A stretch of DNA of 64,000 bases from the human T2T-CHM13v2.0 reference genome, Homo sapiens. The translations under genes and the position numbers were made by a program. The notes beneath the pieces were generated by a model. The model did not search any database, had not been told where the DNA came from, and worked only from the letters and a program-made list of their open reading frames with translations. The stretch lies in NCBI RefSeq assembly GCF_009914755.1, contig NC_060944.1. One strand, 5' to 3'. Below are positions 1 to 11,050 of the stretch, one piece after another. Numbering within the stretch: the stretch's first letter is position 1; each line of letters begins with the position of its first letter.

Positions 1-435
1 GTTTGAAACATGGGGAAATAAACTCCCGTTTTGACCTTCTCTTTGTTGTTCTAGCTGTGTGTCATTGACACTGGCGTGACTTGCCATGGGAAGGTGTAAT
101 GAGGCAAGACTGGGATTGTAACAATTATTAACCTACAAATACGCTATGGCAAAGTCAAGGCAAGCCAGAGTGACACTTCTAAATATCTCAGGAAATAGTA
201 CTCATGTTTGAATTACTCATTTTATTAGTTCGTTTTGATGAATATGGGAGAAATTAATAACTTTTTAATATAAAGAGTAACCTAATGTCATTAATTGGGC
301 ATTTCACATGGGCTGATAGATTGCCCCTCCCCACCCCCGCCCCTTTGGTGGTAATTTATTGAGCTGGGAAAGCTTGAGTTCGGTGTAGCATCTGGTTTTC
401 AGTGATATCCTGCTGGTCTTATCCAATTTTCCAGC

Positions 436-530
436 TGGGAGCATGAGGCACAGGGAGGTCGAATGACTTGCCTAAAGGTCACCTGGTAGCTCAACTGGGA
501 TTATAACTCAAAATCTTTCTGATTTTCCCA
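436..530 (-). mobile_element. MIR SINE fragment
   Basis: TGAGGCACAGGGAGGTCGAATGACTTGCCTAAAGGTCAC resembles the reverse complement of the MIR core. Confidence 0.75.
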
Positions 531-1169
531 TCCTTTGCTCACTGGACCACAAAACTCCCTTGATCCTGTCTTCTCAAGCTTGCCTGAGCAGGAAGCAAAT
601 GTTTAGGCCTAGAAAAAAGAATCCCAAATTAAGTACTGGCCAAAATCATCTTTAAAAATGTGTGAAATTTCCATTGGTATAACTCTTAAGAAATACCTCA
701 TTTTCATTCTAACACCTGAGAACATGTGTGACCATGGGAGTGTTGTCCCTTTCCAAGGGGTCACCATGGGAAAGTCCATACCTATCACTGTTTGGATGCT
801 GCTTTGGCCAAAACATTTTAGGAACTCCAAAATTTGATGCTTGTGGTAGAATACAACCACTTGAATATATAATGGACCTTGCTCATATTATACTCAGAAA
901 CAGGGCACTTGACTCCACCAAGTGCTATAAACCATCTGGCTCATCCTGTAGTAGAACTCTTAGGCTTGCTCCTCCCTCAGCCTGCAAATTTTCCCCGGGA
1001 TTTCCTCATGGCTGGCAACTTTTCATCATTCAGGTCTTAGCAGAAATAATACCTTCTCAGAGTGAGACTTGCTCTAACCTCCTGATGTAATGGCTTTCTT
1101 TGTCTGATGGCCCCATTTTTTTCTTCATTACATTTATCAGCATTTACAATTATCATTGATTTCATCTTA

Positions 1170-1290
1170 AAAATTCGGTATGTCCTAACTCTGAGCGTAG
1201 GAGTCTGATCTGTCTTGTTTTCCAGCATATCCTAGACAATGTTTGATATATAAAAGAAGCTCAATAAACACTTTTTGAAAGAATGGATAG
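1170..1290 (+). mobile_element. L2 3' end fragment
   Basis: TCTGTCTTGTTT...GCTCAATAAACACTTTTTGAAAGAATG resembles the L2 terminus. Confidence 0.6.
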
Positions 1291-1344
1291 CCATTCCTGG
1301 TAAAAGAAGGTCTCTCTTCTCCTTATTTTTATTATCATTCAAAG

Positions 1345-1483
1345 AGTTTCAAAAGGGATGCCCATGGGGTAGTGAGGGCGGATGGAGATGACCCTCAGTC
1401 AGCCAGCCAGATCAGGTGAATTAACCTCGAAGGTCAACAGGATGACTGATGACAGCTGTCCCTGTCAGATCACCCTCTCATCC
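1345..1483 (-). pseudogene. RN7SK: 7SK snRNA pseudogene (5' ~130 nt, RN7SKP-type)
   Basis: Minus strand GGATGAGAGGGTGATCTGACAGGGACAGCTGTCA...GGTTAATTCACCTGATCTGGCTGGCT...CCCTCACTACCCCATGGGCATCCC is colinear with 7SK GGATGTGAGGGCGATCTGGCTGCGACATCTGTCA...GGTTGATTCGGCTGATCTGGCTGGCT...CCCTCACCGCTCCATGTGCGTCCC from nt 1. Confidence 0.9.
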
Positions 1484-3661
1484 ATAGCTTCGGCCTTGGA
1501 ATTGCCCTCAGGCATGGCTTGTGACTGGTGGAGGAAAATCAGTCTTGTTATACTTATAGTCACACTTCATTTTTTATCTAAATTCACACCGCCCACTTTC
1601 ATCACCCATCTCATTTATACAATTGATACTTAATGATGACTGGTCACTTCCAAAAGCCAAATCCATACTCACAGACTGACGAATATGCAGAATATAGAAG
1701 AAAGTCTCCCAATACCTGAACAGGAATTTCCCAAGTTTTTGTATTAACAGACAGAATATGTTATAATCTCCCAGAGTGATGCCTTTAAATAAATCTCTTC
1801 TAAAATATTTAAGGTTGTCAATGTTTTTAAGAAGGCAGCCAGATTATTTTCCAGACTTGCTTGATATACACTAATTTGTGACTTTTTAGGGGAAATAAAA
1901 CTGTATGGTACATAAATTCCTGCTGCTGGTGATGCTACACAAGCTACTCTGCATTTATAAACTGATAGTCGGGACATCATTTTATAGATCAGGAGAAAGG
2001 ACTGCAGAGTGACTTTCTCAAGAGATGCTTCTGTGTTATTCTGGCATCCCAGTGAGTGCTTACTGTAGACATTATGGAAGAAAGGCCCAAGCACCTGTTT
2101 ACTCTGCCTTGCTATGAGAAGTCATTTCTGTAGTGACTGGCAATTTCGCCAACAACGTGCAAAACTGTAGAAAGCTACTGCATGGTGGCCTGTGTGACTG
2201 TGTTGGAGAATTGGAGAGCAGTGATCTCAAGCAGTGAGCAGTTTCCCTTTCACTTGGCAAGCAGTCCTCTGGGGACATTTTGAGGTTAATGGAGAAAGGC
2301 AGAGTGACATAAAGCACCTGTGGTACCATTCTTTTTGACTTTAGCTGCTCTTATAAAAACTACTGCTGCGTGCTTTCATTGATTCAATGTCAACGTTCTG
2401 ACCAACCTGGTTATGAGACGTCTAGTTCAGAGATATAAACATGCAGTTATGACAGTCACAAAACTTCTAACTCCTATGACAATCTATAACTGTCTGGTTG
2501 AGTGAAGTCAAGCCCCAAATTCATATTATTAATACAAGAAAGCATCTAACCAACAATTAGAACTAAAATGAATATTGAAGTTAACTTTTCTTTGATCTGC
2601 ATATTTCAGGACAGACACCTGAAATGTTCTTCTTAGATTCTTTCACGTGGTTACCCAGACAGACTGTACCCCTTTGTTGTGAAAAGTGTAGTAAATAACT
2701 TGTTGGCTTTTTGAGTGGTCCAGTCATTATCTTGTCTTCCAACAATTATTTTGTTTTTATCATTAAGAAAGAATTATGTTGTGCTCACACTCATTCTGGA
2801 GAAGTCAGAAAGTCTCTCATTGGTAGGGTTGGTATTGAGAAAAAAGAATGTCCCATTAAGGCATTTTTTTGTTCGTTTTAAGCCAACAAAAATGTGATCT
2901 TTTCTTCTTTTTTCATAACTTACGTTAAAGCACCACCCAATATATTCCAGGTCCCCAGAGAGTCATACAATTTCTGTCATCAAAGTGATGCTGGGAAACC
3001 AAACTGGGGATTATTTTAAAACAGAGGCATATGTCTATATTCGGAAGATAAACCCCAGACACAGTTCAAACAGGACACACCAATAAGTGTAGTATAACCT
3101 CAAAAGAGAGAAAGCATGTTTCTTAAGATCGTTTTCCTAATATCATCACTTGGATTTTGCACTTTGGTTATTTCTTTTGAGAGATGGCCCTGTGTCATCC
3201 TTCAATCTTTCATAGAAGTGACTTTGGAGAAGGAATTGATAACTTATTTCATATAGTTGACAATGATCTTTTCCTTTTCATTCAGATGAATGATTCTGTA
3301 GACCCGTTTCCTATTATTGATCATGTTGACACTAGAAGGACTCTAAAGATGGGAGAAAAGTTTGTGAACAGAGCTACTGAATTACAGCCAAGTCATAACA
3401 TCAAGAATGTGCACTCAGTCAGTGCCTGATTGATGATGTTTTGCAACACATTGTGTGACATCATGGGAAAACTTTCATTTTTATTGCTTTTAGGAGTAAA
3501 CAACCTGATTCCTTGGGAAATACTTTGCACTATTTTTTCTATAAAGAAGCACTTTTTTTGTCCCCAGGAAAGACTGCTTTATAGTTGCTTGATTTTATGA
3601 GGAACAATCAGAGGGTATGATTGGAAAAAAATAAGAAAAAATGAAATTCCTTCTGATCTGA

Positions 3662-3760
3662 TTCTTCATTCATTCAACAATATCTATTGATTGCCTACTA
3701 AGTTAAAGTGCAGCATAGAGTATTATCTTAGATAACAAGTAGTGGATGTAGAAGTTGTGT
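3662..3760 (-). mobile_element. L2 3' end fragment
   Basis: TTCATTCATTCAACAATATCTATTGATTGCCTACTA. Confidence 0.65.
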
Positions 3761-3814
3761 GATGATTCCATTCTCTTGTGGAAGTAGAACTAGCAACAAT
3801 TATGGTATAGTTAT

Positions 3815-4219
3815 TGTTGTGGTCTGAATGTATCCCCCAAATTCATATATTGAAACATAATTGCCAATGTGACAATAATAAAAGATAGGGCCTTTGGAAG
3901 GTGATTAAGTCATGAGGGTGGAGCCCTTATGAATGGAAATAGTGCTTTTATAAAAGAAGCGTAAGGGAGCTATTTACCTCTTCTGCCCCTTTTGCTCTTC
4001 TGCCTTTAGGCATGTGAGGACACAGTGTTTGCCCCACTGGAGGACGAAGGAACAAGGCACCATCTTGGAATTGGAGACCAGAGCCCTCACAAGACACTGA
4101 GCCTGATGTTACCTTTATCTTGGACTTCACAGCCTCTAGAATTGTGAGAAATAAAGTTCTATTAGTCATAAATCACCGAGTGTTAGGTATTTCCTTATAG
4201 CAGCACAAATGAACTGACA
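3815..4219 (+). mobile_element. MaLR solo LTR (MSTD/MLT1A-like)
   Basis: TG...CA termini; TGAATGTATCCCCCAAATTCATATATTGAAAC start; TCTTGGACTTCACAGCCTCTAGAATTGTGAGAAATAAA; 5-bp TSD GTTAT/GTTAC. Confidence 0.9.
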
Positions 4220-5549
4220 GTTACATCCAGGATTTTAATTTGCAATGGTTCCCACTTCCAGCCCCAAACTTGGCATCTCATGAAATAGAATAAATGAATA
4301 CTATTTCCAGGGAGGAGGAAAGTACAGATTCTGGAGTGTCAAGATGGCTATGATAATTGATACTCTTTGCCCCATATTCCTATGTAGAAAGAGTAAAGTT
4401 GGAGATACATTGGCCACACAATTTTATCTATCTCCACAGGCAAAAAAAAATAAGGATAGAGGTCCTCCACCTTTTAAATATCTTGAAATGTCAAGAAAGA
4501 GAGAGACATCTGAAAGGCACAGAAAAAGCGGGTGGGTAGGAGAGAAACTCAAACATTAATGGGGAATAGAATTTCTCTTGCACTGTCCACAATACATATG
4601 TTTGTTAAAAAGCAAGAGGCGGGGAAGACATGCATGCCTGATATTGAAGAAAAGCCTGTTTGTGCCTTACACACTGGAGAAATTGTTCAGGAATAGTTCA
4701 TCCATGTGAAAATATGACCCATGTCATTTTGCCAGAGTCATTAAGACACTGAGCTGCTGAGTAAGGTCCGATTGGGTAAATTCAAGGTTCTGGGGGTGTA
4801 CATACTTCCTAGTGCCCAGTTTTTCTAAGATGCAAAAAAAAAATGTCAGTGGAAATAAGGTTATGGAGTGCCACTTGCGTGGGCGAGACAAGGTCTCGAT
4901 AGGGTGGGAACCAGCCGGATCTCAGACATGGCCCATTCTTTTAGATTCTTCACCATTTTCTTAGTGGGCAAAATGAGAAATAGAGAATAAATACTCGGCA
5001 CCAGTAGCAAGAAGAGAACAGTGGTATTTACAGATGGGAAAGAGGGAAAGGTTACAAATCATTTGTGAAATGAATTTCCCATTCTCTTTTGACTATTGTC
5101 ATATTCATGTTTCATAAGCTCCAAAACCGTCTGGAGATAAAATTCAGATCATTTGTTATAAAAAGAAATGGCTTTTTAGAGGAGCTTAGAGGACATGAAA
5201 GCTACATTTGAATGAATAAATATTCAAAGGCGGGCAATAAACATTGAATAATGGACAAGCATTTCTTTAATACTGTGGAGAATTGCATGAAGTTTGAGGA
5301 CATCCTAGAAGAATTCAAAATAACTAATTGAAAAACAAAATAACTTATCATCTAGCAGTTTTGGTTTTAACTAGGTTAGGATAAATGATCAGTTCAGTCT
5401 CAGTGTTAATTTTTTAATAGTTGAATTGACATTTGTGATGGGCAGGCTTATTGCCAGTGTCCCAGGCTCTCTCTTACGCAAGAGAGTGATAGAGCAATCA
5501 TGCACTTCATTCAACAAATACAAACAAAATCTTATTAATCTACAATAAA

Positions 5550-5635
5550 CCAGACCTTTAGTCTCTCGGGACCTCAGTTTCCTTATCTACAAATTAATGG
5601 TGTGTGACTATTTGATTTCCAAATTTTGTTCTTTG
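5550..5635 (+). mobile_element. MIR fragment
   Basis: TCTCTCGGGACCTCAGTTTCCTTATCTACAAA core. Confidence 0.65.
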
Positions 5636-6688
5636 AATTATGTAACACTTTCCACCTTCAACATTTCAGTAAAGGGGTTTTATAATTTGAATGCAGGTCT
5701 TGGAACTATTTGTATTTCTAAAAAATATATGTAAAATAGTCCCATTATAATCTTTTGGGAATACTATCTAAGTATGTATGAGAAGAAAAATTCCTGGGTT
5801 TCTGATTAGCTGCTAACTATATTCAGAGTTTCTAGAGTTTTTAACATTTTAATGTAATGGCAGCTTACTTTTTTATCAGGAAAGGAATTGGGCATGGTGG
5901 ACCTGGCATTGAACCTACATGGACCATTCAGTTTTAGTGTGGCAGGTTCCAAAATGTCCCCTAAATTAAAGGCAGAGGATTTATTTTAAAGGACTCCTTT
6001 GAAAGGGATATATCTTTCTGCTTTTCTGTCTTAAGGGCCTGCAGGCATGCTTCAAGCTACTTAGATTAAACAGCTTGAGAACTCCTAGTTATAAAAGTTT
6101 TTTTTTTTTTTTTTGTCAAGAACTAAGATGTGGTTTTCAAATCAAATTGGCAGGTACTTACAGAACCATGGCTCTGAGCGAAGGAGTGGAAACATGAGAC
6201 TCGTATAAAGATCTCACCACCATTAAGAAGTTTCTTTTGAGACGCTGGTATCAGCCCACTGATAAAATGTCATAAAATAACTGCCATCCCCACCTTTTAT
6301 AAGAGCAATCCTTGGATTAGCCAGAGCTGCTGGATTGTAATAAGGAAATGTGTGTTTAAAAGATGAATTAAAGGAAAATATGACCTTCAGGTTACTCTGG
6401 TCTGTTGATGGGGTCAGGGGAAGGAAGGTTCAAAACCTCGTAGGAGAGGGGTCAGACTGACACTGGATGCGAAAGTTCACAAGTCTGCATTATAAATAAT
6501 ATAAGTAGGAAATGAGTGTTTACCCCTCTCTAATGTTAGCAAACTGGAAGGATAAGATGGCTTCCTTTTGACGCGAAAAAGATCTAAATGTGAGATGCTA
6601 TTTTAAACAATGAACAGCTGTTTCATCTTGAACTAAAAAGAACAAAGAAAACACCATCAGATCTACATAGAACATATTGTGGTTTCCC

Positions 6689-6727
<39 letters not shown>

Positions 6728-6732
6728 TGTGT
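6689..6732. repeat. (GT)n microsatellite
   Basis: ~22 units with two interruptions. Confidence 0.95.
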
Positions 6733-7463
6733 TCCCCTCTTCTTTTTTTACTTACGATAATTGAAATGTCATTTTATCCTGGATGTTTTCTTTTCCAACC
6801 AGGGACATGAAAAGTTAAAATATTAAAGAATTTCCTTTTCATCATTTTGAACAAAAACAACTTTTCATTGCTTTAACATGGATTGTTTTCTTTGTTAATC
6901 CAACAGAGATTAATGCTTGGAATGCTAAAGTGTGTACTTAAGGGAAAAATCATGATGGTCCATGGGTAATATATTTTAGGTGGGACTAAAGCAACAGAGT
7001 GGCATTCTATCATAGTCTAAGAGATTTTCCCCTCTGGAGAACAGCTGTAAACATAAAGGTAGTTTAAGTCAGTGACTTCAGAGATTTCAATTATCCAGTT
7101 AATGCCTGGGAATACTAGCACTGCATTTACAGAAAAATTTAGGCACTTATGTTTAGATGTTAAGAAAATAAATTTCTGATTTTCAGAGCAAACAGTTTGG
7201 AAATTTAACTCAAGACACCTCAGATCAATATGTAAGTTGTTATAAATGTGCATTAATATATAAAATTATTTGTCTTAGTTTGAATTTTGTACTGGAAGTT
7301 GCTGAGGCTGAATGCATAGAACAAAATTTTACGTATTTAATGAGCATCAGTTTTATTTAATTTTAATTCTCCATAGATATTATTTATGTTTGACATCCCA
7401 AATCTAATTTTTGGAAAAAAGTTAAAATGAATTACATTAAACTTTATTCTTCCAGGTAAGAAA

Positions 7464-7465
<2 letters not shown>

Positions 7466-7514
<49 letters not shown>
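7466..7514. repeat. (CA)n microsatellite
   Basis: ~24 uninterrupted units. Confidence 0.97.
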
Positions 7515-7518
<4 letters not shown>

Positions 7519-10500
7519 TTAGTTCATTTTACCTGGAAACATATTCCATTAACTAAGAAAGGAAACAAACACACTCAAAAGTTTATTTACGTTATCTGTT
7601 TCTAAATGGCTGGCACACAAGATTGTGGCCTTTTGTGTCCTTATTTTTTTAATTTGAAGGAACTATTTTGTTTATCTCTTTTTGGTTATATAGCTGCAGA
7701 AACTATGTCTAATATTTTAGACTGTTTCTAGCTCTCTTTTTTAACTCATGACACACAATTTTAGTTAACTTTTCCTGAGGCTTAAGTCTTTCTAATTTTT
7801 GTTTTTGTTATAAAAGATTAATTTCTTTAAATTAGGAACAGGAAATTCTAGGCCAGAAACCACTAGCTTTCTTCAGATATAGATCTAAGGATAATAACTT
7901 GTAAAACTTTAAAAAAAGAAGAAAGAAGAAAAAAAATTGTGCATGATTTTCTTTTTTAATCCAGACTTGGTTATAGAGCACATTCATAAATTGTCCTGTC
8001 AACCTCTAGGACATGAGTTCAACTCCAATTGGTTTAATGGCCACAAATGTTTCCTTAGAAGAATTCCGGATTTCTGGATGGAGGAAAGAATGTCAGGGAT
8101 TCTCAGGGCAGGTTGAAAATCACCCCCCTCCCCCCAAGGTGGTCTTGGGCGGTAATCACACCCCGCTGATAGGATTTGGCAGTTAAAATAGATGGAGGTC
8201 AGCCTGTCATTTTGTCTATTTAAATAAGTCACTTGTGATTAAGGACAAGCAGCAAGTTTTCTTTTTTTTCTGTCTCACTTTTGAGACCTTTACTTGCATC
8301 TACTTCTCTGGTGTTTCTCTTCTTCTTGTATATTTCTCGCTTTCATTCTCTTTGGCCTTTTATATGGAAATTGTTTGTGTTTTTTTCACCATATCCCCAC
8401 TTGGAGATATGAAGTAGGGGACAAAATATAGAGAGTAAAACTTGGTATTCAGACTGAGACTTTTACAATAGTATTATGTATTTTGTAACATGCAGAGAGA
8501 GTCTAAACTCAGGAGTCTCTGCCATTTCCTTCTTTGTTAGATAAGTCACTAGCATCTACATTATGTAATCAAGTTCATGGTAATTTCTCCATTTGCTCGG
8601 GTCCTTTGGTAGAAAACCTTATTTTAAAATTAATCGATGTATAATTTTGTGCAAATACCCATGAGGGCTGCATTTGCTTTTAGGATTTTTCTTGACCACA
8701 AAGTATCTTCATGTGATCGTGTACTTTTTCAAAAATAGATTGGCTGTTACACAAAGTGGAATCAATGATATATAAGTCTTTGCATCTGCCAACCACTTTG
8801 CTGAAATTGTTTACCAAATGTCACCCTGAAATCCTGTTTCTCTTTCTCAGAGGTTTGGCATTCAATGCTCTTCCACCTCTTGATTCTTCCTGCTACCTGG
8901 CCCATATGGAAGGGAGGGCTTTCAAAAAGGCAACAACACCTTGCTGAGTGAAAATGAACTTGAAATAAGTCCAGCCACCTCTTGGGCTTTGTCTCATCCT
9001 CTGTTCACTTTTTTCTCTGTTCATTTCTGATGCGTCTGGCTTTGTACAGGTTTAAGATGATGGTGCTAACCTCAGAAGCATTCTGTAATTCTTGCTTCCT
9101 CCCTTTGGGCAATAATCTCAGGACAGTGAAAGTGTGCATATCCTGGAAATGCCAAAGGGTTAGAACAACCAGGGCAATGCTTAACCAACGGCAGACAGGA
9201 GTTAGAGCATCATTTGGGCAGACGATTCTGGAGCTTATTCTATAGGACTCTTCAACATTTCTCAATGGGGTTGAGCCCCAGTTGGTCAGAGTTGTGGTCT
9301 AAATGCACTGTGAATCAGGATTTCCCAGTCTTCTGTTCCTATTCTTGGTATCATTTCCTCAAATGCACAATTTGCACAAAGCTCTAGTCTCAGAATCTGC
9401 TTTCCAGGAGAATTTGGTCTAAAACAAAACGAAGAAAAATGAAGCCCTAAGTGATCTTTCTTCTAATGTGATTTGCTGCCTCATATTATGGTAATTAAGT
9501 ATAGATTTATCTTTCCTAAGAAAAAGGTTTGCTTCTTAACATTGGGGACAAATATGGTCAGCCACTGCTTTATGGCAAGCTCTCTGCTGGGACCGAGGGA
9601 TACAATGTTGGAAGAGAAGAGGCCACTGCTGTCTAGTGTTTATCCTCTTTGGATGTTTCCTTTATAGAGGCTCAACAAATTGCTTTCAAAAGCAACCAAA
9701 AGATATTTCTTAAATTCACATATAATTCCTTCGGTTAAAGATGTTATACCTGTGTTTGTCACAGGACACTATAAATAACCTTTGACAGAAAGCAACTGGG
9801 TGCTGTGGGAATCAAAAAGGAAGCCAAAAGTTAAAGCCCACCAGGGCAGGGTTTCTCCAGATGTTTTGAATGAGATTTAACATGAAGCAAAAGGCCTGGA
9901 TTGACAGAGGAAAAGGAGAAAGGCATTGCATGGACAGAGAATGGGAAGAGAGAAGACTCTCTAGACTGTGGATACCTAAGTACAGATGCATAGAGCCACT
10001 CCTCCCTGACTCAGGTCCTACAGAAAGTGACATCCTATGAATGGTTGATAAGGGATAAGTGTTCCACAAAAAATAAAGTTTTGGAATAAAATAAATTTGA
10101 GAAAAGTTGAATATTACATTCAGAATTCAGAGATTCTCAGCACACATTGCCACATTAAATATCCCCGAGAAGTATTGCCATGAAAAAAATATACCCCCAG
10201 AAAACTAACTCTGTGGAAGTGAGCATTTTCAAGACTATTGTGACTATGACATCTTTTGCAATTGGATGTTGTTCAATCATCTTGAGGTACATTGGTATTC
10301 TAGAAAGTGGATTTTAGAAAATTCCGGAAGACAGCAAGCAGTCCTGCAAAATTTAGCAAGGATTGGGGATGGAGCATGGGAGTGCGGGAGAACTTCACAT
10401 ACTATATAGATGCATTTGGGTTTGACATGTCGAGCAATCAGATGCTATTATGTCACTCCAGGAGAAGGCACAGAGAAACCCCTATTTCTTGTAAGAGAAT

Positions 10501-10619
10501 TTAGCAAACCAAAATCACTCTTCCAAGTTTATATTGGCATTTTCATAGTGCTGTTAGACTTACCATGTCCATTGTTGAAAAAGCAGTGTAAAGGGGGATT
10601 TTATAGACTGATGCCTGTG

Positions 10620-10800
10620 TTTAAATCTTAACTTCCTCGCTTCCTTATGACTTTGGTTTCTTAATGTCTCCATGCTTCTGTTTCATCACTTATAATAATT
10701 ATGGGCATGGTGATAATGGCACCTAACTCACAGAGTTGTTGGAAGAATTAGACACGATGAAATAACTACAGCACTTAGAATGTCTAACACAGAGCATGTG
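10620..10800 (+). mobile_element. MIR
   Basis: GATAATGGCACCTAACTCACAGAGTTGTTGGAAGAATTA...GCACTTAGAA. Confidence 0.7.
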
Positions 10801-10834
10801 ACTGAGAAAACAGAACACATTTATTTTTAGAAGA

Positions 10835-11050
10835 ATAGTATTGTGTGATGGCAAAGGCACAAACTTAGGGACAGTCAGTCCTAAATTTAAATGCTGTCAC
10901 TGTACTTTATTGGGCTTACTAAATTCTGTACATCAGTGTTACTACTATAAAAACTGAATAATAATATATATCTTACATTGAACATAATGATAAAATGTCA
11001 AGGACAGGGAACCTGTTCAAGAAATATTTGCTGGTATAATTATTGTTAAT
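10835..11050 (+). mobile_element. MIR (diverged)
   Basis: Degenerate MIR head and core (CTGTACATCAGTGTTACTACTATAAAAACTGAATAATAAT). Confidence 0.5.

Noticed and set aside
728-1090. 120-aa ORF
   Set aside because: No recognisable domain or splice context; GTG start; length expected by chance
6689-7514. (GT)n and (CA)n as ends of an inverted-repeat element
   Set aside because: Flanks are unrelated; independent microsatellites are the simpler explanation
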